Notes: generated by a model not told the origin, from the letters alone. Positions 1 to 10,790 are shown, numbered from the stretch's first letter. The stretch is DNA of 22,703 nt from Campylobacterota bacterium (GCA_034722955.1 JAYEOM010000022.1:1-22703), one strand, 5' to 3'. Numbers and translations: made by a program.

Positions 1-102
1 TAAAATCTACACAATTGCTCTAGAACTACACATGTAGTCAAGCTATAGTATTGTCAGTGAAGCGTAATATTGATATGATATAGTGTAAACCAAGGAGATC
101 AT

Positions 103-1587
103 ATGAAAAAATCACTGAAAATTCTATTTGTTGCATCTGAAGCGGTTCCATTTGCAAAAACTGGCGGACTGGCAGATGTCTCTGGTGTTTTGCCAAAAGC
201 TCTGAAAAAGCTAGGTCATGAGATTATCGTAGTTATGCCTCGCTACTACAGTATCGACAAGAGTGAGCTTACAGAGCTTCCCGGTGCATTGGGTGTCCCT
301 ATGGGACCGATGGGTGAACTCTGGGCAGGTATATATAGCTCAACACTGCCTGGCTCTGATGTACCTGTCTATTTTATCGATTATGAAGAGTTTTTTGGAC
401 GCAGCGGCCTATACGCTGATGAGAGCGGTGTCTCGTATGATGACAATGACAACCGCTTCGTCTTTCTCTCCAAAGCAGCCTTTCAGCTGGCTAAAAAACT
501 AGACTTCAAGCCAGATATCATACATGGCAACGATTGGCATACGGCATCAGTACCTATCCTTAAAAATAGTAGATTTGCTCATGATGAGCATTTTGCCAAT
601 AGTGCTACCGTGTTGACCATACACAACATGCAGCATCAGGGATTTTTCTTTAAAGGGATAGTAGATGTGATGGAGATAGACTGGGAGCACTTCAACCCGA
701 TGGGACTAGAGAGTATGGATGGAGTCAACATGCTCAAAGGGGGTGTAGCATTTGCGGATGCTGTCACAACTGTCAGCAAGAAGTATGCCCAAGAGCTGCA
801 GACGGCAGAGTTTGCCTTTGGGATGCAAGACCATATGTGGGCACACCGTGATAAGACTTTCGGTATCCTCAATGGTGTAGACTATGATGAGTGGAGTCCA
901 TCAGTTGATCCACTGATACCGGCAAAGTTTGATAGTGATGATATGAGAGGAAAAGGGATATGCAAAAATGATCTAAGAGAACATTTTGGGCTACCTGAGT
1001 GGGATGTGCCTCTCATCGGTTTTGTAGGACGATTTGCAGAGCAGAAAGGGATAGAGCTGATCGCAGGTATTATCGAAGGTGTACTTCATCTGGATGTACA
1101 GTTTGTCTTTTTAGGTACCGGGGAGAAGTGGGCAGAGGGCTTTTTCAGTGAAATATCGGCAAGATATCCTGACAAATTTGCCATTCATGTAGGCTACGAT
1201 AATGAGCTGGCACATCAGATAGAAGCGGGGAGTGATCTATTCTTGATGCCATCACTATTTGAGCCTTGTGGTCTCAACCAGATCTATAGCCTTCGATATG
1301 GCACGCTCCCTATAGTTCGTGCAACAGGTGGTCTCGATGATACTATAGAGAACTATGACCCAGTTCACAACACAGGGACTGGTTTCAAGTTTGAGTTTCC
1401 GACAGAAGAGGCACTCTATCATACGATCAAGTGGTCAGTAGATGTCTGGCATAATGACAAAGTATCATTTGCCGAGATGCAAAAACGAGCCATGGAGGCT
1501 CGCTACAGCTGGGAAGAGGCTGCAAAAGGTTATGAAACAGTATACAACTGGATACTTATAAATCGTGAAATTAAGCAGTACCGTTAA
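103..1587 (+). CDS. glgA: Glycogen synthase (GT5, ADP-glucose type)
   Basis: N-terminal ASEAVPFAKTGGLADV motif, IHGNDWHT, TIHN and MPSLFEPCGLNQIYSLRYGT; RBS AAGGAG upstream. Confidence 0.97.
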   Translation: MKKSLKILFVASEAVPFAKTGGLADVSGVLPKALKKLGHEIIVVMPRYYSIDKSELTELPGALGVPMGPMGELWAGIYSSTLPGSDVPVYFIDYEEFFGRSGLYADESGVSYDDNDNRFVFLSKAAFQLAKKLDFKPDIIHGNDWHTASVPILKNSRFAHDEHFANSATVLTIHNMQHQGFFFKGIVDVMEIDWEHFNPMGLESMDGVNMLKGGVAFADAVTTVSKKYAQELQTAEFAFGMQDHMWAHRDKTFGILNGVDYDEWSPSVDPLIPAKFDSDDMRGKGICKNDLREHFGLPEWDVPLIGFVGRFAEQKGIELIAGIIEGVLHLDVQFVFLGTGEKWAEGFFSEISARYPDKFAIHVGYDNELAHQIEAGSDLFLMPSLFEPCGLNQIYSLRYGTLPIVRATGGLDDTIENYDPVHNTGTGFKFEFPTEEALYHTIKWSVDVWHNDKVSFAEMQKRAMEARYSWEEAAKGYETVYNWILINREIKQYR

Positions 1588-1596
1588 GGAGGAACT

Positions 1597-3510
1597 ATGT
1601 CTTACACTATACACTATGATGTGACCCGATTCGGGGATACTGATATCTATCTCTTTAAAGAGGGAACACACAGCAAGCTCTACAACCACTTTGGTGCTCA
1701 TCCTATGAAGAGAGATGGTGTTGATGGTTACTACTTCTCTCTCTGGGCACCCAATGCCTCTCATGTCACCATAAGGGGTGATTTCAATGACTACGATCCC
1801 GACTCTCATCCTCTGCAGATCAGACTGGATGACTCGGGTATATGGGAGTGTTTCATTGAGGGTATATCCAAGGGTGAAACATACAAATTTCATATCCACT
1901 CTCATAATCAAGGCATAATACAGGACAAATCAGATCCATACGCCTACTATACAGAGAGGGCTCCCAATTCAGCTTCTCGTGTATGGAACCTAGAGGGGTA
2001 TGAGTGGGATGACAGAGAGTGGATGCAAAAACGCCATAAACACAACAATCACCAATCCCCTATCTCCACCTATGAGATCCATCTCGGCTCTTGGCGTCGC
2101 AAAGGAGAGTTTGGTGAAGAGTATCTCACATATACAGAAGCTGCCGAAGCTCTAGCTATATATCTAACTGAGATGAACTATACCCATGTCGAGCTTATGC
2201 CCATCACAGAGTTCCCTTTCAAGGGCTCTTGGGGTTATCAAGTCACTGGTTATTTTGCACCTACCTCTAGGTTTGGTACACCTCAGGAGTTTATGGAGCT
2301 CGTAGATATACTGCACCGTCATGGTATCGGTATCATCTTGGACTGGGTACCCTCACACTTTGTCACCGATGGTCATGGACTTATGAACTTTGATGGTACT
2401 TGTCTCTTCGAGCATGAAGATCCTCGTCTGGGTTATCATCCTGAATGGGGCAGTGCTATATTTAACTATGAACGAAATGAAGTTCGTGCATTTCTCATCA
2501 GCTCTGCTATGTTCTGGTATGATATCTACCATATAGATGGTATCCGTGTAGATGCTGTAGCATCTATGCTTCATCTCGACTACGCTAGAGAGGATGGAGA
2601 GTGGATACCCAACAAAGATGGCGGCAACAAAAACCTAGGTGCCATCACTTTCCTCCGTCAACTCAACGAGACACTATACAGAGCATACCCCGATACCATG
2701 ACTATCGCAGAGGAGTCTACAGCTTTCCCTATGGTGAGCCGACCTGTCAGCGAGGGGGGATTGGGGTTTGGGTTCAAGTGGAATATGGGGTGGATGCATG
2801 ACACTCTCAAATATTTCAAACAAGACCCTATACACCGCCAACACCACCACAATACACTAAGTTTTAGCTTTGTATATATGTACAATGAAAACTATCTACT
2901 CCCACTCAGCCATGATGAAGTAGTTCATATGAAAGGCTCCCTCATCAACAAAATGCCCGGGGATGAGAAGCAGAAGTTTGCTCAGCTGCGAGCCCTATAT
3001 GCACTGATGACTGCACACCCCGGTAAAAAACTCCTATTTATGGGTGGTGAGTTTGCCCAGTATGCAGAGTGGGATTTCGACAAGAGTCTCGACTGGCATC
3101 TTCTCGAACATGCCGATCATAGAGGTATACAGTTGGAGATATCCCAACTCAATGCACTCTATATCAAAGAGAGAGCACTGCACCTTTATGATTGTGAGCC
3201 GATGGGGTTTGAGTGGATAGATGAGACAGATTATCAGCACAACAATCTTGCCTTTATCCGGAGAAGTGATGAGGATGAACTGCTCATAGTATGCCACCTT
3301 GCCGATGAAGTACAGGAGAAGTATCGTATGGGTGTACCCAAGGCTGGAGACTACAAAGTCATCTTTGACTCCCAATCTCCAGAGTATGAAGGGTGGACAG
3401 GTGCCGTAGGTACCATACTGCAGAGTGAACCTGTAGAGTGTCATGGGAGAGAGAACTCTATCGTTTTTGATCTGCAACCCATCTCTGTCCTCTATCTCAG
3501 AGAGGTTTGA
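1597..3510 (+). CDS. glgB: 1,4-alpha-glucan branching enzyme (GH13, short N-terminus type)
   Basis: WAPNA, SWGYQVTGY, DWVPSHF, catalytic DGIRVDAVASM, AEEST and LSHDEVVH motifs; RBS AGGAGG. Confidence 0.97.
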   Translation: MSYTIHYDVTRFGDTDIYLFKEGTHSKLYNHFGAHPMKRDGVDGYYFSLWAPNASHVTIRGDFNDYDPDSHPLQIRLDDSGIWECFIEGISKGETYKFHIHSHNQGIIQDKSDPYAYYTERAPNSASRVWNLEGYEWDDREWMQKRHKHNNHQSPISTYEIHLGSWRRKGEFGEEYLTYTEAAEALAIYLTEMNYTHVELMPITEFPFKGSWGYQVTGYFAPTSRFGTPQEFMELVDILHRHGIGIILDWVPSHFVTDGHGLMNFDGTCLFEHEDPRLGYHPEWGSAIFNYERNEVRAFLISSAMFWYDIYHIDGIRVDAVASMLHLDYAREDGEWIPNKDGGNKNLGAITFLRQLNETLYRAYPDTMTIAEESTAFPMVSRPVSEGGLGFGFKWNMGWMHDTLKYFKQDPIHRQHHHNTLSFSFVYMYNENYLLPLSHDEVVHMKGSLINKMPGDEKQKFAQLRALYALMTAHPGKKLLFMGGEFAQYAEWDFDKSLDWHLLEHADHRGIQLEISQLNALYIKERALHLYDCEPMGFEWIDETDYQHNNLAFIRRSDEDELLIVCHLADEVQEKYRMGVPKAGDYKVIFDSQSPEYEGWTGAVGTILQSEPVECHGRENSIVFDLQPISVLYLREV

Positions 3511-3513
3511 TAG

Positions 3514-5010
3514 ATGAGTACAAAACGCCGCAGTGGGATACTGCTGCACCCAACTTCACTGCCAAGTGCTTATGGCATAGGGGATCTTGGCTCATCCTCT
3601 TATGCTTTCATAGACTTCCTGAAGGAGTCTGGACAGAGTATATGGCAAATGCTGCCACTAGGACCCACAGGATATTCAAACTCACCCTACCAAGCCCTCT
3701 CTGCCTTTGCCGGAAATCCTGCACTAATCAGCCCTGAACTACTCATAGAAGATAGACTGCTCGATACTACAGAGACCTATATAGCTACAGATGATCTATC
3801 TATCGTTGATTTTGACAGAGTTATACCCTGCAAGCTTGAGCTACTTCAAAAAGCTTATGAGAGTTTCAAGCTTCAGCCACATCACCACTTGCGAGAGGAG
3901 TTTCATACTTTTTGCAGCAAAGAGAGCTATTGGCTTGATGACTTTGCACTCTTTTTGGCACTTAAATCTTATTATGAAAATACTCTATGGACAGAGTGGC
4001 CCGCAGATATCAGATCGCGTCAGCCCAAAGCACTCGAAGAGTATAGAGAGAAGCTGGATGATCGGATAGAGAGCTATTGCTTTATTCAATTTCTCTTTTT
4101 TCATCAATATGACAAGCTCCATCTATATGCACAGAAGCAAGGTATCGAACTCATCGGTGATATACCTATATTTGTAGCTCAAGATAGCAGTGATGTCTGG
4201 AGTCATCCTGAGTGGTTTTTACTAGATAAAGATGGCAACCCTACCGTAGTAGCCGGTGTTCCGCCAGACTACTTCAGCCAGACAGGACAGCGATGGGGTA
4301 ATCCTATATACGACTGGAAACAATTGAAAAAAGAGGGATACTCTTTTTGGATTGATAGATTTAGACATACTTTTGCGATGTTTGATTGTGTTCGTATAGA
4401 TCACTTTCGTGGTTTTGTAGACTACTGGGAGATTCCTGCCAGCCAAGAGACAGCTATCGATGGTGAGTGGCGTAGAGGACCTGGTCTCGATCTCTTTAAA
4501 ACCATTATGCATGAGTTTGGCGGACTGATACCTGTTATCGCTGAAGATCTTGGTATCATCACAGATGATGTTATAGAGCTTCGTGATATGCTTGATTTTC
4601 CGGGGATGGCAGTTTTGCAGTTTGGTTTTGAGTCTATGCAGAGTAGTGACCCCTCCTCGTTTCTCCCCCATAACCTCAAGGTCAATCAAGTCGTCTATAC
4701 GGGTACACACGACAACAACACCACGATAGGCTGGTGGAGTGAGCAACCCGAAGAGGTAGATGATTTCCTCCGTTGTTATCTCAATACAGATGCCAAACTT
4801 ATAAATATGGATATGATCCGTGCTGCACTCAGAACTACCTGTCACATGGCGATATTTCCTATGCAAGACCTCCTTGGGTTGGGAAGCGACTCAAAGATGA
4901 ATATGCCAGGCACTACATACGGAAATTGGCAATGGAGAATGCTCCCCGATGCGATCAACTCCTCTATAGAAAAAAATCTTCTGAGAATGACTAAACTCTA
5001 TGGACGGTAA
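3514..5010 (+). CDS. malQ: 4-alpha-glucanotransferase (amylomaltase, GH77)
   Basis: RRSGILLHPTSLP, SPYQALSAFAGNP, RIDHFRGF, AEDLG and YTGTHDN motifs. Confidence 0.96.
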   Translation: MSTKRRSGILLHPTSLPSAYGIGDLGSSSYAFIDFLKESGQSIWQMLPLGPTGYSNSPYQALSAFAGNPALISPELLIEDRLLDTTETYIATDDLSIVDFDRVIPCKLELLQKAYESFKLQPHHHLREEFHTFCSKESYWLDDFALFLALKSYYENTLWTEWPADIRSRQPKALEEYREKLDDRIESYCFIQFLFFHQYDKLHLYAQKQGIELIGDIPIFVAQDSSDVWSHPEWFLLDKDGNPTVVAGVPPDYFSQTGQRWGNPIYDWKQLKKEGYSFWIDRFRHTFAMFDCVRIDHFRGFVDYWEIPASQETAIDGEWRRGPGLDLFKTIMHEFGGLIPVIAEDLGIITDDVIELRDMLDFPGMAVLQFGFESMQSSDPSSFLPHNLKVNQVVYTGTHDNNTTIGWWSEQPEEVDDFLRCYLNTDAKLINMDMIRAALRTTCHMAIFPMQDLLGLGSDSKMNMPGTTYGNWQWRMLPDAINSSIEKNLLRMTKLYGR

Positions 5011-5048
5011 GGCTATAAGATAGTACGGGATTGTTTTTGTAAAGTGAT

Positions 5049-5125
<77 letters not shown>

Positions 5126-5150
5126 ACAATGAAGTTAAATATAAAAGATT

Positions 5151-5227
<77 letters not shown>

Positions 5228-5272
5228 ACAAAAATTATAGTTAAGTAAAGATCAAACAGTGATCTGTATATT

Positions 5273-5347
5273 TGGATGGGGCGGAGGGATTCGAACCCCC
5301 GAGTACTGGTACCAAAAACCAGTGCCTTACCGCTTGGCCACGCCCCA
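5273..5347 (-). tRNA. tRNA-Gln (TTG)
   Basis: Reverse complement TGGGGCG TGGCCAAGCGGTAAGGC A CTGGT TTTTGGT ACCAG...TTCGAATCC...CGCCCCA T CCA. Confidence 0.95.
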
Positions 5348-5390
5348 ATGGATACTAAGCTAAGCTAACTAGACTTGCTTTGTGGACGGC

Positions 5391-5419
5391 ATTATAGCCC
5401 AAAAAATAAAATTTGTCAA
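5391..5419 (-). promoter_or_regulatory. Consensus sigma70 promoter of the tRNA operon
   Basis: Minus strand TTGACA (5419-5414), 17-nt spacer, TATAAT (5396-5391), followed by the GC-rich discriminator GCCGTCC typical of stable-RNA promoters. Confidence 0.9.
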
Positions 5420-5501
5420 GAGATTTCTAAAAAATGTAAAAATTTATTGGTATTGGGTATAATTCAAGTGATAACTATACCTATTAGATATGGAGAGACA
5501 A

Positions 5502-6536
5502 ATGTCAACAGATGCAATTAAGAGAGTAGAGAGAGCGATCGAAGAGATCAAACGGGGCAATATGGTCATCATGATGGATGATGAAGATCGTGAAAATGAG
5601 GGTGATCTAGTCTATGCCGCGACTTTCAGTACTCCTGAGTTGGTCAACTTCATGGCAAAAGAGGCTAGAGGATTGATCTGCACGCCTATCACCAAGAGTT
5701 TGGCCAAGAGACTTGACCTGATGCCAATGGTAGTCAATAATGTATCTAACCATGAAACAGCATTTACCGTATCCATAGATTCGACTACTGCTACTACAGG
5801 TATATCTGCTGCTGAGAGGGATGACTGTATAGCCAAACTAGCAAACCCACTCACTACAGCAGGGGATTTCGTGCGTCCTGGACATATATTTCCTCTCATC
5901 GCCAAAGATGGTGGTGTATTGGTGCGTACAGGACATACAGAAGGTTCTGTCGATCTCTGCAAGTTGGCAGGATTGGCTCCTGCTGGTGTCATCTGTGAAA
6001 TCATCAAAGATGATGGAACAATGGCAAGGAGAGATGACCTAGAGGAGTTCTCAGGTAAGTATCAGATGCCTATAGTCTATATATCCGATATAGTAGAGTA
6101 TAGACTTGCCAATGAAAAACTGGTAAAGAGGATCTCTGAGGAGCAGATAGAGGTGATGGATGCGAAGGTCAACAAGATCAGCTATGAAGATCATCTAGGT
6201 CGTATCCATCAGGCTATACTCTTTTATAAGATCCATGATACATCCAATGTACGATTTCAAAATATTGGACTTGATATAGATCTCATACTAGATGCCAAAC
6301 GCTTCGATGCGATGACACAATCACTAGAGTACCTCAAGCAAAATGGAGGAGTATTGATATTTCTGGATACTCAAGTCATCTCTAGTGAACAGGCGAAGGA
6401 GTTTGGTGTGGGGGCTCAGATACTCAAAGATATAGGGATTCAAAATATCAAGCTCTTGACGACCAACAAAGAGACAGAGTATGTAGGGTTGAGTGGTTTT
6501 GGATTGGATGTAGTAGAGAAGATTGAAATTATCTAA
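5502..6536 (+). CDS. ribB: DHBP synthase fused to a degenerate GTP cyclohydrolase II-like domain (RibBA/RibBX type)
   Basis: DDEDRENEGDL, TAFTVSID, TGISAAER, RPGHIFPL and RTGHTEGSVDL motifs; C-terminal GVGAQILKDIG. Start moved from 5490 to 5502 because GGAGAG precedes that ATG. Confidence 0.92.
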   Translation: MSTDAIKRVERAIEEIKRGNMVIMMDDEDRENEGDLVYAATFSTPELVNFMAKEARGLICTPITKSLAKRLDLMPMVVNNVSNHETAFTVSIDSTTATTGISAAERDDCIAKLANPLTTAGDFVRPGHIFPLIAKDGGVLVRTGHTEGSVDLCKLAGLAPAGVICEIIKDDGTMARRDDLEEFSGKYQMPIVYISDIVEYRLANEKLVKRISEEQIEVMDAKVNKISYEDHLGRIHQAILFYKIHDTSNVRFQNIGLDIDLILDAKRFDAMTQSLEYLKQNGGVLIFLDTQVISSEQAKEFGVGAQILKDIGIQNIKLLTTNKETEYVGLSGFGLDVVEKIEII

Positions 6537-6554
6537 AAGTTTTCATAAAGTAAC

Positions 6555-6579
6555 AAATAGGAGAAAATTACTCCTATTT
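6555..6579 (+). terminator. Probable intrinsic terminator after ribB
   Basis: AAATAGGAG / 7-nt loop / CTCCTATTT followed by a T-rich tract. Confidence 0.6.
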
Positions 6580-6664
6580 AAATTTTTATTTGATATTTAT
6601 TTTTATAAATCTGTATAATTATGCTACACTTATGACAATAAAAATGATTTAAAAGGAGTAGATA

Positions 6665-8623
6665 ATGCTAGAAGAACTTTATCAGCCACACCAAGAGATC
6701 TCCAAAAATGCAGCGATCAAAAGTATGGATGAGTACTATGCTATGACGGCAAAAGCCAATAATGACTATGAGGGTTTCTGGGCAGAGTATGCCAACGAAA
6801 AGATAGACTGGTTTAAGCCATTTGACAGAGTACTCGATGAGAGTGATGCACCATTTTACAAGTGGTTTGGAGGTGGAGAGCTCAATGTAGCACACCAGTG
6901 TATAGATAGACATCTTGCTACCAAGAAAAACAAAGCAGCCATCATCTTTGAGGGTGACAATGGTGATCAGCAGATGCTAACCTATAGAGAACTTGCCTAC
7001 GAAGTGAACAAAACAGCAAATATGTTCAAAAATCAATTTGATATAGGCAAAGGCGACAGAGTTGTCCTCTATATGCCTATGATCCCCGAAGCTGCTATCA
7101 CTATGCTAGCTTGTGCAAAGATAGGTGCGATTCACTCTGTGGTATTTGGTGGTTTTTCTGCTGAAGCACTGCGTGATCGTATCATAGATGCCAAAGCAAA
7201 ACTGGTCGTAACCGCAGATGGTGCGTTCAGAAAAGGCAAGCCATATATGCTCAAGCCTATAGTTGACAGTGCTCTTAGTAAAGGGTGTGAATGTGTCAAT
7301 GCAGTCTGTATCGTAGAGAGAAATGGTGAAGATATTCACTGGGAGCCGGGGCGAGACTATGCCTATAATGAGTTGATCAAAAGCGAGTCTCCCAGGTGCG
7401 AAGCTGAAGTGATGGAGAGTGAAGATCCACTTTTTCTCCTCTATACCTCTGGTAGCACAGGCAAACCAAAGGGTGTACAGCACTCAAGTGCAGGGTATAT
7501 CCTATGGGCTCAGATGACGATGGAGAGTGTCTTTGATCTCAAAGATAATGATACCTACTGGTGTACAGCAGATGTAGGCTGGATCACTGGACATACATAT
7601 ATAGTCTATGGACCGCTTGCTGCAGGTGCTACGACTGTGATGTTCGAGGGAGTTCCTACTTTCCCAGATGCCGGCAGATGCTGGCAGATGGTAGAGGAGT
7701 ATCAAATCAACCAATTTTATACAGCACCAACCCTCATCAGACTCTTGCATAAAATGGGAGAGAATGAACCAGACAAATATGATCTCAGCTCTTTGAGGGT
7801 TCTTGGTACCGTAGGTGAGCCTATAGATCCACCTGCCTGGAAGTGGTATTATGAGAAGATAGGTGGCGGAAACTGTGCTCTAGTCGATACATATTGGCAG
7901 ACAGAGACAGGCGGACATGTGATCTCTCCACTCCCTGGGGCTACACCGATCAAGCCAGCTTGTGCGACATTCCCACTGCCTGGCATCATAGCTGAAGTAT
8001 TGGATGCCGATGGCAATCCAGCTGCTCCGGGAGAACAGGGTTTGATGTGTATCACCAAGCCATGGCCTAGTATGATCCGTACTATCTGGGGTGATCCTGA
8101 GAGATTTGTCAAGTCATATTTTGGTGACTGTACCAAGGATGGCAAAGCTGTCTATTTTACCGGTGATGGTGCGATCATCGATAAAGAGGGCTACATTACG
8201 ATCACTGGTAGAACTGATGATGTCATCAATGTCTCAGGTCACCGTATGGGTACAGCAGAGGTAGAGGCAGCGATCAAAAAGCATCCAAATGTAGCTTCTG
8301 TAGCTGTAGTCGGCAAACCACACCCTATCAAAGGTGAGGGTATCTTTGCTTATGTAGTACTCAAAGGTGAAGATACTATAGGTGAAGAGATCGAAATGGT
8401 ACAAGAGATCAACGCCATCATCAAACAAGAGATCGGTGCTATCGCACTATGTGACTCGATGATATTTGTGCCGGATCTACCAAAAACAAGATCTGGAAAG
8501 ATTATGCGTCGTATCCTCAGAGCTCTTGCCAAAGGCGAAGAGATCACCCAAGATACTTCAACACTAGAAGATCCCTCTATCGTAGATACGATCAAGAACC
8601 GTTGCAATCAGGCAGGCGTTTAG
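6665..8623 (+). CDS. acs: Acetyl-CoA synthetase (AMP-forming)
   Basis: [31 protein letters not shown] and [11 protein letters not shown] (acetylatable Lys) motifs; RBS AAGGAG. Confidence 0.97.
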   Translation: MLEELYQPHQEISKNAAIKSMDEYYAMTAKANNDYEGFWAEYANEKIDWFKPFDRVLDESDAPFYKWFGGGELNVAHQCIDRHLATKKNKAAIIFEGDNGDQQMLTYRELAYEVNKTANMFKNQFDIGKGDRVVLYMPMIPEAAITMLACAKIGAIHSVVFGGFSAEALRDRIIDAKAKLVVTADGAFRKGKPYMLKPIVDSALSKGCECVNAVCIVERNGEDIHWEPGRDYAYNELIKSESPRCEAEVMESEDPLFLLYTSGSTGKPKGVQHSSAGYILWAQMTMESVFDLKDNDTYWCTADVGWITGHTYIVYGPLAAGATTVMFEGVPTFPDAGRCWQMVEEYQINQFYTAPTLIRLLHKMGENEPDKYDLSSLRVLGTVGEPIDPPAWKWYYEKIGGGNCALVDTYWQTETGGHVISPLPGATPIKPACATFPLPGIIAEVLDADGNPAAPGEQGLMCITKPWPSMIRTIWGDPERFVKSYFGDCTKDGKAVYFTGDGAIIDKEGYITITGRTDDVINVSGHRMGTAEVEAAIKKHPNVASVAVVGKPHPIKGEGIFAYVVLKGEDTIGEEIEMVQEINAIIKQEIGAIALCDSMIFVPDLPKTRSGKIMRRILRALAKGEEITQDTSTLEDPSIVDTIKNRCNQAGV

Positions 8624-8637
8624 GGGGCTACCAGACC

Positions 8638-9300
8638 CTATCTCATCAGACTCTTTATCAGCTTCATATCTGCAAATGCCTCTTTTTTTGCAGAGGGGTT
8701 TCTCAGTAGGTAGCTAGGATGGAAAGTCGGTACTATGGTATACCCGTCACGCTTCTGCAAGGTACCTCTGATCTGCGTGATGCTACTCTCATCCCCCGTC
8801 AAGTAGTGGTATGCTGTGCTACCTAGAGTGACTACAATGTGAGGTTTGATATTTTCGATCTGTTTTTGTAGGTATGAGATGCAAGTATGTGCCTCTGTAG
8901 CTGATGGGGTACGGTTATTTGGTGGTCGGCACTTGACTATATTGGCTATGTAAACTTCACTGCGAGGTACAAGTAGAACATTTTCGATCATCTTGGTCAG
9001 AACATCACCGGCACGCCCTACAAAAGGTCTACCTATATCATCCTCTGTCGCCCCAGGTCCCTCACCTACAAATAGTATCTGTGCATGTTCGTTACCTTCA
9101 CCAAAGACTACATGGTTGCGTGATTTGCTAAGTTCACATAGATGACAATCCATAGCCTGCTTTTTGAGTGCTTCCATAGATGAGGGGAGTAGGAGTTCTG
9201 ACTCTCCCTGCTGTGATACACTTAAGTCAGTATAGCGATATCCTAACTGCTTCAATTGAAGTAGATGTTTGAGTAGGAGAGCATTATGGAGATTTTTCAT
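8638..9300 (-). CDS. Uracil-DNA glycosylase family 4 (4Fe-4S)
   Basis: CHLC...VGEGPG...GRPFVGRAG, NIVKCRPP and FHPSYLLRN motifs. Confidence 0.93.
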   Translation of the reverse strand: MKNLHNALLLKHLLQLKQLGYRYTDLSVSQQGESELLLPSSMEALKKQAMDCHLCELSKSRNHVVFGEGNEHAQILFVGEGPGATEDDIGRPFVGRAGDVLTKMIENVLLVPRSEVYIANIVKCRPPNNRTPSATEAHTCISYLQKQIENIKPHIVVTLGSTAYHYLTGDESSITQIRGTLQKRDGYTIVPTFHPSYLLRNPSAKKEAFADMKLIKSLMR

Positions 9301-9306
9301 GTTGCT

Positions 9307-9315
9307 ATTATATCC
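9307..9315 (-). promoter_or_regulatory. -10 box of UDG (leaderless arrangement)
   Basis: GGATATAAT with only 6 nt (AGCAAC) before the ATG; no Shine-Dalgarno sequence. Confidence 0.65.
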
Positions 9316-9326
9316 AAATTTACCAC

Positions 9327-10790
9327 TTACTTTATCTTGATCGTAAATTGTTTTATCGCAAAACCCTGCTGATCATAAAGAAAGCTGTTTGTCGGTATTT
9401 CACGCAGATCATCTCTATTTTTGATCCATAAAACACCCCTGACATTTACTTTTAGAGTATTCAAATCTCTTGGTGCGACAAGCTCAACAGAGAAAGATTT
9501 TGCTCTTCCGTATGACCATCTTTTGCTTTGCCACCCCTCAATCATAAAATATTTAGCTTGCAAAGCTTTTCTTGCCTGTTTATTGTAAATCTTTTGTGGA
9601 TAACTATATCCATCTATTCTGCTAAAGTTGTTTTCTAAAACTTTTACTCTCATTGACCTTATATCAGGAAAAGAGAGTGTTAGCCCGCCCTGTTTGGCAC
9701 GACTATTACTATTTGTCATTCTCGCATGAATAGAAAACTTCTGCCCCGCTCCAATAACACTCGGATAAGTAAGATGGATATCTATACCATTTTCCTTAAA
9801 AGTAAACAGATCTTTTTGAAGCTTTTGTTTGCGCAGCTGTCTCTCTTCTATATCTCGTAATTGTGTCTTTTTTTCGAACTCTCTCAGGCGAGCAAGCTCT
9901 TCTCTATTTCTCTCTATCTGTTGTCTCTCTCTCAGTCTTAAATGTACCAACTCAGCTCTATCTGTATCTGACATACCTGAAGATACCAAAGGTGTTGATA
10001 TAGGTTTATTGCCCTTTGATCTCTGCTCTGATTGAAAGTAAAAATCACCTATCACAGAGGAGCTTGTCCATGGGAGTTGATGATAATTACTCTCTTTATG
10101 TACAGAGGCTCTAGTCTTTTTAAAGACATCATTCAGTTTCAAATTATTTTGATCTATATTTTTGATGAGATGTTTTGTAAAAAGTCCATTTCTCCCGGCA
10201 CCGCCATCACTTGCGATCTCTCCAGGTGCTGTAGCAAAGGCTATATACATACCCTTGGCATTATTGATAGCAGCAAGCCCACCAGCTCCACCTCTCCCCA
10301 AAGGATTATTTCTGCAAGCATCCAATACAATGATATTGAGTCTATTGTGGCTCTTTTCCATCTTGTTGATTATCATCTTGACAGGCAAAGTTTCAAACTC
10401 TACCTCTGTGCTATCGGGAATATCAGCTTTTGTAGGCACAAGATAGTTTTGCCCCTCCAATTCCATACCATGTCCTGCATAGTAGAAAAATCCCACACCA
10501 CCTTTTCTAAGTTTATGGGCAAATTTCCTGACTATTTTTTTCATACTTCTCAAGTCCCCATTTTTTAAATAGAGCACATCGAAACCTTTTGCTTTGAGAA
10601 TACGCTGCATATCTTCTGCATCATTTACCGGATTTTTAAGTGTAGTAAAGTGATCATAATCACTGTTACCAATGACCAATGCTACTCTATTTTCATCTCC
10701 ATGCTTTTTTCTGTAGATGGATCGGTCATCGCCGGCTTCTATATGGAGAGTGAGCAGCAGTATGGAAAGTAGGAGCTTTATAATCTTCAT
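9327..10790 (-). CDS. Exported caspase-family (peptidase C14) protein with a coiled-coil linker and a beta-rich C-terminal domain
   Basis: Signal-like N-terminus MKIIKLLLSILLLTLHIEA; RVALVIGNSDY, LKNPVNDA, catalytic YYAGHG and LDACRNNP, RNGLFT, QLPW. Confidence 0.9.
   Translation of the reverse strand: MKIIKLLLSILLLTLHIEAGDDRSIYRKKHGDENRVALVIGNSDYDHFTTLKNPVNDAEDMQRILKAKGFDVLYLKNGDLRSMKKIVRKFAHKLRKGGVGFFYYAGHGMELEGQNYLVPTKADIPDSTEVEFETLPVKMIINKMEKSHNRLNIIVLDACRNNPLGRGGAGGLAAINNAKGMYIAFATAPGEIASDGGAGRNGLFTKHLIKNIDQNNLKLNDVFKKTRASVHKESNYHQLPWTSSSVIGDFYFQSEQRSKGNKPISTPLVSSGMSDTDRAELVHLRLRERQQIERNREELARLREFEKKTQLRDIEERQLRKQKLQKDLFTFKENGIDIHLTYPSVIGAGQKFSIHARMTNSNSRAKQGGLTLSFPDIRSMRVKVLENNFSRIDGYSYPQKIYNKQARKALQAKYFMIEGWQSKRWSYGRAKSFSVELVAPRDLNTLKVNVRGVLWIKNRDDLREIPTNSFLYDQQGFAIKQFTIKIK

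Noticed and set aside
25..38. Palindrome ACTACA-CA-TGTAGT upstream of glgA
   Set aside because: A single 6-bp arm with no second copy; cannot be assigned to any regulator
8621..8640. TAGGGTCTGGT on the minus strand between acs and UDG, resembling the RAYT motif
   Set aside because: Only a 9/11 match overlapping stop codons; compatible with chance or a weak terminator
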